Positions 1-11,291 of a DNA stretch of 64,000 nucleotides are shown here, one piece after another. Made by a program: the position numbers and the translations under genes. The notes beneath the pieces were generated by a model. It worked only from the letters and a program-made list of their open reading frames with translations, was not told the origin of the DNA and ran no database searches. Numbering within the stretch: the first letter of the stretch is position 1; every line of letters starts with the position of its first letter. Origin of the DNA: Eledone cirrhosa (taxonomy: Eukaryota); assembly GCA_964016885.1 (NCBI GenBank), contig OZ024745.1:66960001-67024000 (forward strand). Reading direction: 5' to 3'.

Positions 1-1086
1 TCAATATTAACAACATATGAGACCCGGATAGTAACACTGAAGCAACACCTTCAACAGAGGAAAAAGGTTGGCGACCATCTTGCTCAGGTTTATGAGCATG
101 AAAAAAGAAATATCATTAGAATAGCGACTGATCTGGAGGAGAGATATGGAATAAAGCCTGATATAAATCTCTCACCCAGAGAAATCGGAAGATCCTATTC
201 AATGTTCAAACAAGAAAAAAAAATTGACCAATTTACAGAGAAAGTTGTGCATGGATACTTGAGGCGAAAAACACAGACCATAGAGGGGATAAACCACTCA
301 AAAAGCCTGGCATGGAGTTCCGACAAGTTTATGACATCACACCTTGAGGGATATCTCTATGCAATACAGGAACAAGAACTCCCTACCAAATATCTGCTGC
401 ACAAAAGAGGAGGGCCAGCAGCTGACAATAAATGTAGGCTATGTAAAACAAAGATCGAGGATGTAAGCCACATTGTTGCCAGCTGCGAAAGAATGTCATC
501 TCGCTACTACCTCCCCATGAGACACGATGGGATAGCTAGAACTATCTGGAACGCACTTCGGAAAACAAAATTAACAACAAACGAGGAAGAATATATTGAG
601 ACAGATGGCACTAAGGAATACTGGTGGAACCTGAAAATAAAAACTGCCACCAAATTAAAGCACAACCGGCCTGATATTGTAGTTTGGGACCACACATTTA
701 AAACGTGTTCTGTTGTGGAGATCAGCTGCCCACTTGATGTAAACGTTGTCAGAAAAATACAGGAGAAGGAGGACATCTACGGACCATTGATGAGGAGCTT
801 ACAAATCCAGTATCCAAGATACACCTTTAGCTTCATACCCATCATTATTGGTGCTACGGGTTATATACCAACCCGCTTGGACCAAAGTATGACCGAACTT
901 GGATTTGCGGACAAAAAGCGCAGCTCCCTAATTCATAGTCTACAAATGGCTGCGATAGCTGGCACCTTCAAAATATGCAAAACATTCTTGCGATTCAAGG
1001 GATGACAATTTCTTTTCTTTTACAACCTTGCCACCAGGAAGGTGGCCGGTCAAAAAAATATACTCGAAATTAAGAGAAAGAGAAAA
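1..1086 (+). mobile_element. R4/Dong-type RLE non-LTR retrotransposon, family A, 3' part (runs off the window start)
   Basis: ORF 202-1005 has a CCHC finger (CRLC..SHIVASC), RHD, and a restriction-like endonuclease (RPDIVVWD..VVEISCP..EKEDIY). The 3' UTR has hairpin GCCACC-AGGAA-GGTGGC and ends directly in (CATA)n. Confidence 0.9.
202..1005 (+). pseudogene. C-terminal zinc finger and RLE domain of the family A LINE ORF
   Basis: Motifs as above; the frame is disrupted upstream of 202. Confidence 0.85.
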
Positions 1087-1130
1087 CATACATACATACA
1101 TACGTACATACATACATACATACATACATA
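1087..1130. repeat. (CATA)n microsatellite joining LINE A to LINE B
   Basis: Seen directly. Confidence 0.95.
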
Positions 1131-2638
1131 CTACACCCGATTAAGAAAGATATGGTCATCGGAACTCTCTGCGCAAAACAAAACAATGGCTCACAATGTG
1201 TTTGCTGTGCCTGTCCTAATACCAACGTTTGGAATACTCAATTGGACGATAGACGAAATCCGAGCAGTTGATGTTGGAACTCGAAAAATACTGAACAACA
1301 CCGGAAACTTCCACATCAACAGTGACATAAACCGCCTTTACTTGAAACGTAGGCAGGGAGGCAGAGGCCTAACATCAGTCCAGACAACATTTGAATGTCG
1401 CATCATATCTCTTCGACAACATCTACGAACCTCGAAGCGAAGGAGCCCGCTTCTCGAGCAAGTCTATCTGCATGAAACAGACATGAGAGTTGGGAAGGAA
1501 CACCTTGAGAGATATTCCCTGTGTGATAATCAAACACTCACACCCAGGGATGTCGCTCAGCAGTATCGCAGTGAATCCATGGATGAAAAACTGCGTGCCT
1601 ATCAGCAGAAAATCATGCATGGATATGTTGCCAGGAAGCTCCAGAGTGAGAGTAATATAGATAAGCAAAGTAGTCTATCTTGGACCAACAACCGCTATAT
1701 TGGCTCCCACTTTGAAGGATACGCTTTTTCAATCCAAGAACAGGAGATTAGCACGAAATACCTGATTCACAAAAGAGATAGGGATAAAGGCAAAACACCT
1801 AGATGTGATAACAAGTGCAGACTCTGCAGAACTAACATCGAGGATATCACCCATGTCATCAGCAGCTGTCCAAAGATGTCATCGTGGTACTATCTACCTA
1901 TGAGGCATGATGTAGTGGCCAAAACACTGTACAATGCAGTTCGTAAAAAAGATAGCCCCGACGATAAACACATTAAAAGCTACAACAATGTGGAAGACAT
2001 CCATGTACATAATATGAAAGAGTACTGTGGAATGTTCCAGTAAAAACCCCAATAAAATGCAGGCATAACAGACCAGATATTATGATATGGGACAGGGAGA
2101 AGAAAACATGCACAGTAGTGGAAATTAGCTGCCCAGCAGATGCCAATATAATATCAAAGATTAGTGAAAAGGAGAATATTTATGCAGAACTGATGAAAAA
2201 TCTGCAGATACTCCACCCTGATTACACCTTCAGATTTATGCCTGTGATTATTGGGGCACTGGGATATGTTAGTAACTGCCTCAATACAAATCTTGAGAAG
2301 CTAGGCTTCACAGGAACAGAAAGAACACAACTAGTTAGGAAATTACAAGTACAATCCATTAATGGAACAGTAAAAATATGTAAAACATTCCAAACATTTT
2401 GCATCTAATAACTGCATATACACATGTACAGATACAAAGCATATACACATGCACACATACAACTCAAAACATACACATCCACACATACAATAACATCCAT
2501 ATCTACACACGCATGCAGACATACATACATATCTACCTAGTTGATGTTGTGTAAATTCCAATGAGAGAGTCTTGTGTCTATGTTAGAAACCGACTCTCTC
2601 TATTGGGAAAACTTTGTGAAATAATAAAACCAGAAGAA
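1131..2638 (+). mobile_element. R4/Dong-type RLE LINE, family B, 5'-truncated
   Basis: Reading frame YYTRLRKIW..RLYLKRRQGGRGL..CRLC..HVISSC..RHD, a 1-bp frameshift near 2027, then RPDIMIWD..VVEISCP. 3' UTR hairpin near 2558-2606; ends in (CATA)n at 2639. Confidence 0.9.
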
Positions 2639-2695
2639 CATACATACATACATACATACATACATACATACATACATACATACATACATACATAC
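2639..2695. repeat. (CATA)n tail/target of LINE B
   Basis: Seen directly. Confidence 0.95.
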
Positions 2696-2969
2696 GTATA
2701 TCCATACCTGTATTGATATGTTATGCATACACACCAAACATACACATACGAGCAAATACACGTGTGTGTGTGGGTGTGGGTATGGGTGTGTGGGTGGGTG
2801 CGGGGTGGGGTGGGGGTTAATTTGTAAGGTCTCAGTGCGGAAGAGAAAGGAACTATAATTACAGAAGACGGTTAGCTTAATTTGTAAAATCAAGTGCCTT
2901 CCACGGTTCTAGTTTCGTTTTCTCATCAAGATTTCATCATTAGCATTATAACTGTCGGTATCCAATTGC

Positions 2970-3268
2970 CAGGGATTAGCAGAATCGTTAACGAGTTAAA
3001 TGAATATGCCTTGTATTCTGAGTATGTATGCCTTGTATCCTTACGGGGTCAATAAAATAAAGTACCAGTAATGTACTGGGTATTTGCTGGCCTTGTGCCT
3101 AAAATAGAAAACATTATTTAGGTATGATTCATACATTCTGGGATTAGCGTTACATTTCATCCTTCAGGGTCGATAAAATAAAGTACCTGTAACACACTGG
3201 AGTCGGTTTAATCCACTATCCCCTTCCTTTCAAATTACTCGCCTTGTGCCAAATGTAGACACAATTAT
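2970..3268 (+). mobile_element. Two degraded tandem copies of the tRNA-derived SINE
   Basis: Core ATCCTT.CGGGGTC.ATAAAATAAAGTACC occurs twice, each copy ending GCCTTGTGCC..TAGA.AC.ATTATT. Confidence 0.75.
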
Positions 3269-4421
3269 TTAGTTACGGAAATTTACATTTTGGCGTCAGT
3301 CATGCGTCAGTCATGCCTTATATACTGGCATCAGTCATTCCTTATATACTTTCGTAATATAGAACACATAGTACCAGTCAAGATTTTGAGTCGACTTAAT
3401 CGACTAGCTCCTCAAAAAAATTTGATGTTAGAAATTATTATTATTTTCGTTCTTGACTTTAATTCTAATTATATTAAAGATTTATCCTTATTTCTCGATC
3501 GATACTGGCTGGAAACTAAAACAAGAAGATGGTCTTCACCAATACTATACGTAGCAATATTATTACAATATATGCTGTGATTTAAAGTATTACCAAGTCT
3601 GTTATTTGCCAGCTTAAAATCTCTTTGCTCGCATACATAAATATACACACCCAAGCACATATACAAACAGAATAAAAAGACAGATGTTTATGGTTCATAC
3701 ATGCATTTATGTTTATATCTGTACTTCAAATGCTTTCGTTCATATGTAGATTATCCAGGCTGTAACTTTCCACAAATGTACCTCGCAGAATATATGACGA
3801 TTTGAGGAAGATTTATATTGGATATTTTTGTGGGTCGCGCAATCAGATAAAATTTCGTTCGTTGAATAGTTCTAATCTAATGATGTAAGGTGTTATATAG
3901 TAGATTACTGACAATTTTTATAGATGTATTCATATTTCTTTCATTCAGATATATTTTGATAAATTCATTGTAATATTTTTTTTTCTTCCAGTGTCGGAAA
4001 GAAATATTATGATGTCCGTTTTTGTTCCAGGAGCATGTTCTGTCCTAGTGTGACAAGTGTTGTTCTTACCCCATTTTATGCCTGGACTTATGTAAGACGC
4101 GAATAGAAAGTTATACGAGTTACAATACAGAGAGCTCTAATATTTCAGAAAGGTTTATTCACGGCTGTTTAGACATATGTTGAATAAGTTTTGGACAATA
4201 TCCCGAAAGGTATCAACCGGGGTATGGAGGAATTTCAGAGATGATATTAAGCAGCCTCTGAACATTTCCTCTTTGCACTCAAATATTATTTCCCTGATAT
4301 TGTTCGCCGTAGAGGGGGGCTCTCTATTTAGCTCGCAAGAGCCAAGTCTGTTTGTGGTTATGTCATCAAATTCAATTGACTATTTTAATTTGTATGTATA
4401 TATATATATATATATATATAC

Positions 4422-5764
4422 TTAGGGTAAATATTGATGCAATTCAATTCAAGCACTCAACGTACTTATTCCACATAGGAGTGACGGAGTAAATATCGAA
4501 TAAGGAAAAGCGAAGTAGTTTCAGATGTTCAAGTTTTTTTAATAATAATGGGGTGATATATATTTCAGTGCCAGTGTCGCGACATCGTCAGACAGCTTGT
4601 TACATAATAAGGTTATGTTTCCGAGGCAATCCAAATTGAATCGACATGGGAACGGACGAAGTGTGTGCTTTTGGGTTCTTCATGCGTTCCCCTGTGAGTA
4701 CCAATTCACCCCCACCGGTCTGCGCAGGCGCAGGTCCAGAGGAAGTTGACCATTAGCTACAGCAGATTTCAACGAAATTCGCCTAGTCAGTTCCCCCTCT
4801 CAGCCAAACAATGACCCATTCAGGCCTGTACCATAGTTTACTGCTACCCATCCCGTCTGTGGCAGTCAGCCGAAAGCCAGAGGGGATGGGAGAGTGTTAG
4901 TATTTACAGGTCACAATACTACCTCTCACCAAGCATGGACAGTACAACTGACCATCAACCCCTAAGAGAAAATATACTTAATTCTAGGTATCATGGTTTC
5001 ACATTGGAAGTTATGAGTGAGAGTTGGAAATAAAAATTAAGATTTAAAATCGAAAATCCTAAATCAATTAACAGAAATTATAAATTAAAAAATTAAAAAA
5101 TTAACAATTAGAAATTAAAAAATTGTTCAAGTGAGAATCCGGATTGAGGTGAGTAAAAATAGATTGAAGTGAGTAAATAATATGCAGAGAGCTGTTTAAG
5201 TAAGAAGTTCTGAAGGGGGCACTAATATCACAGTTACACTAGCCACATACTGAACGATAGTAGCGTACAGTAGAACGGAGGGTAATTTACAGTATGAAAG
5301 GCAGTAGTCAATCGGGTACATAGTCATAGTTTCCATCACATGGAACAAACCCCCCCAAAAAGATATAAAGTACACAAAAGAAAAGAACCAATAATGAATA
5401 AATGCAAAAACACAGAGTACATATATGCAAAATGATCCATATGATTGTCCATGTATAGATTGAATTGAGGAGGCTTCTGTTAAAATGCGATTTGGTGCAG
5501 GAAAATATGGGTTTATCTTTGTTTTTGTTTCCGCGTATTTTTTCCTGCCGAAAGTTATTATTATGTCCGTCCAGTGTCAGGAGTTTCCATCTCCATGGTA
5601 GCGGGAATTTCCGGCTGTAGCTCGTGGTTGGTTCCACTCTTCTCCACCATATCGCTCAACTAATTGGAGCTAAATTCGATGTCGCGACACTGGCACACAT
5701 TGAAATATATATCACAGCATTATTATTAAAAGACTTTAACATATGAAACTACTTCGCTTTTCCT

Positions 5765-5768
<4 letters not shown>
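4422..5768 (-). mobile_element. Non-autonomous PLE-type element in (TA)n with an inverted 5' pseudo-LTR fragment
   Basis: About 90-bp inverted repeats at 4499-4587 and 5677-5768, (TA)n on both flanks, and a hammerhead motif within the repeat. Confidence 0.65.
4550..4596 (-). ncRNA. Minimal hammerhead ribozyme (degenerate)
   Basis: Minus strand reads GCTGT-CTGACGA-stem II-GAAA-TATATA-TC. The inverted copy at 5702-5718 retains the pairing 3' arm ACAGC. Confidence 0.65.
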
Positions 5769-5837
<69 letters not shown>

Positions 5838-6380
5838 GCTTATATATGTTGTTTGTGTAATTCATGAATCTTACGTTGCTTCACGTTATGATTTTCAAGC
5901 CACGTATAAGAATCTCCTTTTGCAGTTATGATTTCCTACACATTCGCTGTGCATCCTATTTCCTCAAATATTATTTACGTATGACAATGAAAAATAATGT
6001 TAAATGTACTCGTTTTATTTATTATTTTTCATCAAAAATATTCGCGATATTGTGACCTTTAGTAGTGTACTTCTTTGATATTGAATAGTGAAAAGAGTAA
6101 GGACATGAGGGAATTTTACGATTCGTTGTTGTTGTTGTTGAGTAATTAATAGTTTATCCTTGTTAGTCATAACTATTATTAATGGCATTACACCAATGAT
6201 CATTCCATGTTTTGAGACATTGTGTATTACTTAATATATAATTCAATTCATTCATTTTTAAGAAATTAGATTATGCTTTGAAGGAATTTAGACAACTATT
6301 TCTGGTAATGGTCACGTATATGTACTACTATTGCTACGATTTGCCAAATTTCATTGTTGTATTTAAACTTGCACTCTTAA

Positions 6381-6570
6381 TATATGTATGAATATATGTA
6401 TATATGTAAGTACGTATATATGTATGTAAGTATGTATATATGTAAGTACGTACGTACGTACGTACGTATGTATGTATTATGTATGTATGTATGTATGTAT
6501 GTATGTATGTATGTATGTATGTATGTATGTATGTATGTATGTATGTATGTATGTATGTATGTATGTATAT
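6381..6570. repeat. (TATG)n microsatellite with a degenerate left flank
   Basis: Seen directly. Confidence 0.95.
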
Positions 6571-6651
6571 GTGTGTAATTTGACCCGTAATGTTTGACAC
6601 AACAGACATTTGCCGATCTGGGATGTACAATTTTCTTACTGGAGACATTTC

Positions 6652-6954
6652 ATACAGCTGATACTTGTATGTATCTTATACCAATTTCGATACATAAAGT
6701 GAATGAATATGTTGATATGAATTTGTTAAAATCAATAAACTCGCACTAGTAAAATTACTCGATTGTTTCTGTTGGCTGGTGCTAACACAGCGTTTCCTGT
6801 TATAAAACTCATCTACAGGTTTGAACACTGACAATCCCTGCCAAAAAGAAGGAGTGCGAATGACAGAGAGGAGGTGAGATAGAGGTATAGAGCAATTATC
6901 GACACCATTACAAGACTGGTATATTTTATGCTAACTTCGGATCGATGAAAGGCA

Positions 6955-6985
<31 letters not shown>

Positions 6986-8104
6986 GCGCACACACCACAC
7001 ACACAGTTGAATTTGTATATACATATACATACATATAAGGCGGGCGTACGCACAGTTTCCGTCTACAAAATGTTTCTTATACATATAGGCCTCACAAGAA
7101 GAAAGAACATTTGTTGTTATATAACAGTATTGTTCGTAAAAGAGTAAATAAAAAAAAGAGAGGTTATATGTCTTAATCCGTATGGTGGGCAAATGGGGTC
7201 CCATGTGCTGGCCTCCCCACAGCCCCGGCGGACAGAATGGAGAAGGCGTTTCCCCGGAGGATGGTAGGGCTCACACCTACGGCTGGCCAGCTCAGCGCCT
7301 CTGGTGGTGAATAGTGAGGTAGCCCTAGGGCCAAGGACACCAGAAGTCTCCACTTCCAAGGCCACGACCGGAACCTGTCGGAGAGCGACCGGTACTTGGA
7401 GAGTTTGGCCTCCTCAGCTCGACGTGCAGCAGTGGCATTCCAGACAAAGGGTTTACCACCGCGGAACGGGAAGATGGTAATACCGTCTGGCCTTTTGCCA
7501 ACATGCCAAATTAGAACATAGGGACAGACAGGATTTGAAATCATGGTGCAGGGGGTGGGAACGAATACTTCAATGCATTCTATGGCTCAGCCACTTCGCC
7601 GCATTTTATATTCTTTGGCTCGTTGAAAATTGGTTGTGTTTATCGTTGAGGTAGGCATTGAATACGTTGCGTTTTTTTCAGTAGACATAGTTCATTCTTC
7701 ATCAAAACAATTCTTGCTGCGAAAGAAATGAAGCTTGCCATTTATATATCATATATTGTACACGTGCTTTCATGCAGGTGAACACAAATACACACACACA
7801 CACACATACACACACGCGCGCGCGCGCGAGCGCGCATACAGACATACACACACAGGTACACAAACATACACACGCACACAAAATCACACACTAGTATATA
7901 ATTTCAAGAAAAGCAAGAATAACAGAACCGATACAACATATATTTGCTTATCCAGGTAGTTCTATTTTCCTAATACAGCTAATTGCAATGTATCTTATAC
8001 CAAATTTCGATACATAAAGTGAATAAATATTTCGATATTAAATTGTGAAAATCAATAAATTCGTACTCTGTAAAATTACACGATCGATTGTTGGCTGGTG
8101 TTAA
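6652..8104. repeat. Diverged ~135-bp direct repeat pair (6652-6785 and 7972-8104)
   Basis: Both copies share ATGTATCTTATACCAA.TTTCGATACATAAAGTGAAT...GTAAAATTAC.CGAT...TGTTGGCTGGTG. Confidence 0.8.
7120..7500 (-). mobile_element. CRE-like non-LTR retrotransposon, 3' (RLE) remnant
   Basis: GKRPDGITIFPFRGGKPFVWNAT..AARRAEEAKLSKY, a frame change to ALEVETSGVLGP, then ILRGNAFSIL; this matches the typical CRE-clade C-terminus. Confidence 0.75.
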
Positions 8105-8291
8105 TTCAATCAATTGCATCTGTGATAACAGATACCGACTTTAATAAGAAGGTCATCTACTCTCGATCTATGTTGCACACACGTATGTTAAAAAAGCACG
8201 CTTTTCAGTCGTTGTCTTGAACCGGAAGAGATCAACAAACATCAGAAGTTCGAAATACATTACATGGAAATGTCTAGTTTGGTAAAATAAT

Positions 8292-8506
8292 GGTTTCTTA
8301 TATAGGCACAAGGCCAGCAATTATGGGGGAGGGGAAAGTCGATTAAATCGACCCCAGTGCGTGACTGATACTTTATTTTATCGACGCCGTAAGGATGAAA
8401 TGCAAAGTTAACCTCAGCGGGATTTGAACTCAGATCATAAAGGGCCGTAACTTTATGCTGCAAAGCATGGCGTCCGACCTCTACACATACTACCAATCCA
8501 CCACCC
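8292..8506 (-). mobile_element. tRNA-derived SINE, full length (long form)
   Basis: A-box-like head and B box GAGTTCAAATCCC on the minus strand; TSD TCTAGTTTGGTAAAATAAT at 8273 and 8507. Confidence 0.9.
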
Positions 8507-8579
8507 TCTAGTTTGGTAAAATAATGATATATCACAAAATGCGTTGTCTCACACACACACGCACAAACATATATATATA

Positions 8580-8616
<37 letters not shown>

Positions 8617-9655
8617 GCATGCACACACACACGCATATATATACGCACGCACATACACACACACTCGCGCGCACACACACGCACGCACACACAGGCGCGC
8701 GCACATTTGCTCGTACTTGCATATAATGAATTTGTATTCAGTTGAAAAATGTACATTAAAACTTGAGTTAAGTACACAAACCCTTGTAGTTCGTTTACGC
8801 TATATATTGACCAGTGATGCGTCAGATCACGTCAGCTTCTTACGCGTGATTGACATTGTCCTATGCTATTTTGCATTAAGGCGTGTGCGTATGTTGAAAG
8901 AGGAGTGATATCTGACAAGCATATTTCCTTGCATTACGACAGTGAAAAGTTAGAAAATGTATATGTGATTGTTTCAAAATATTACAACTGCTCACACGAT
9001 TGCGTCTACGTCTGTTAGGGGATGGGTGTGAAAGATATACACAGTAGATATTTCAGTCAGATCCCAATGAACGTAAATAATATCATTTGACTATGTCCAG
9101 CAAAATATTGTAGCAAGAGCATTATAGTGGGGAACGAAATATGTCACGCAACATATTCACTGTATTTCTTGTTTGTATATTATTAGAATTGTAAAACCTG
9201 GTCACAGAATGTTTAAACAGCCACAATGTATGAAAGTAATATAGTGTCGAATTTACCATCAAAACGTTGATTAAATATTTTGATTCTACTATCTACTATT
9301 CAAAGGAAATGTAACGAAATTTAAACTACTGCATTTAACGGCTTAGTGTGTACTCAAAGTTTAATAAAATAACTTTTACGTTCAATTCTCAAGAGATACA
9401 GAAATATCTGATTTTAGCAATAATTCTACATTCCCCTCTTATTTGTTCTTTACTTCGAGATTTATGAAGACATTATGACGCTATACTTAAATAAAGCCCA
9501 GGACAACAATATATTTGTAGTGTTATATTTCCATCCGGCTGCATACCGGAAATTAATAGAAGCCACAATTTGAAGCCTTCTGAGCTGCAAGTAACAGCAA
9601 TTCACGCATACACATATCTATATAATTACCTATCCAAATGAACACACGCACATCT

Positions 9656-9712
<57 letters not shown>

Positions 9713-9738
9713 GGGGGGGGGGTCAGTGCATATGTGTG

Positions 9739-9782
<44 letters not shown>

Positions 9783-10437
9783 TATGTGTGTATGTGTATG
9801 TGTGTGTGTGTGTGTGTGTGTGTTTGTGCGCGCGCGCGTGTGTACGTGCTTCTTTTTCATTCTTTATTTATGTTTAACTGTGTATCGATTTGGCTTAACG
9901 TAAATGTGTAAATTGAGGCTACACCAACATATTCATTTTAACAATAAATTACACTTTTATAGACTTTTCCTGAGTTGTCTTACTGAATTGCATTAATTAA
10001 ATGTAGTGAATTCCATTTTCCTTTTAATATATCGAAAGCTGTATACAGATATTTTGTTAGTCATTTATTCCAACGGCTAAAGTAACGTGTTCTAAGCTCA
10101 TTAAGTCTACTTGCACTAAACAATTTAATGGAATGGATGTAATTTATCTAACTGCCTTTAGGTTATATAACAAATTCACTTTTAATTTTGAAAGGACAAC
10201 GCGCTTATCGTCTTGTAGCTTCATATGTCTGAAACTGAATTACATTTCATTTTAAATTGTTTTCTAGTTTCTGTCTATGTTCTGTGAAGAAATGAAAGGA
10301 AAATACTTTGCATACATTCTGCACAATACGAAGTTTTTTACAACTAGATGTAATAAATATTTTGTTCTAAAACATTTCATTTCACGTTGCTCCAGTATAC
10401 TCAGCTGAAAATAGGTACCAACAATAGCTGGGCGTTT

Positions 10438-10555
10438 AACCCTGTGATAGGCTGGCGTCCTGTCCAGGGGGAAGTCTTGAACTCTTTGTCACTTCATGCC
10501 ACGAAACCGGGATAAGTACCGGCCTAACGAGCCTTCTGGCTTAAGACAGACTTAA
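10438..10555 (+). mobile_element. 3' fragment of a second SINE family
   Basis: AACCCTGTGATAGGCTGGCGTCCTGTCCAGGGG..GAAACCGGGATAAG resembles the body and tail of invertebrate tRNA SINEs (recognised from memory, not searched). Confidence 0.5.
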
Positions 10556-10811
10556 TATGTTTCACCTTTAACTCTTGATCGGGACAATAAAGCTTTTGTC
10601 AAGTGTAGATAATAAAATTATTCATTATTTGAAATTAGTGATTTTATAAATTTCAAAATGATATATATTTCTCTCCAAATAGAGAACCTAAATTTTTAAA
10701 TTACTACTAGATATATTCAATGTACGTAATGTTATTACAGAAGAACGTTTCTTAAAGAATAAGGTCGCCAGGATTACTTGGATATGCATGAGTTCAGGGG
10801 TTGTTAATAAT

Positions 10812-11000
10812 TGTTTCTACTTTTAGCCACAAGGCCAGCATATACCCAGTGCATTACTGGTACTTTATTTTATCGACGCCGTAAGGATGAAAGGCAAAGT
10901 TAACCTCGGCGGGATTTGAAATCAGACCGTAAAGGGACGTAACTATGTTGGAAAGCATGGTGTCCGACTTTCTACCGATACTGCCAATCCACCGCCCTTG
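10812..11000 (-). mobile_element. tRNA-derived SINE (short form)
   Basis: Same core as the other copies; TSD GTTGTTAATAAT at 10800 and 11002. Confidence 0.9.
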
Positions 11001-11291
11001 TGTTGTTAATAATAATGTTGTAAATAATGTTGTTAATAATGATTTCTTTATTAACCACAAGGGTTTACATAAAGTAGACATTAAGGACAGTGCAGGACAA
11101 TACAGGACGGTACAAATGGGCATTTCTGCGTTTAAAAAACAAAAACAGAGGATGTAACAAAAAAATAACAATGAAAAATTCCCCAATAGGGGGGAGACTT
11201 CGGAGGGACATTTGTGGAGAAAGCCCAGTAAAAGGCCACAGTGACCCTGACCACCAAGGCAAGTGCACTCTCCCAGTTTTCCACTTTTAAT

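Noticed and set aside
1042-1130. N-terminus of the 333-aa ORF as a novel fusion protein
   Set aside because: Chance read-through from the family A 3' UTR and the CATA tract into a truncated family B copy.
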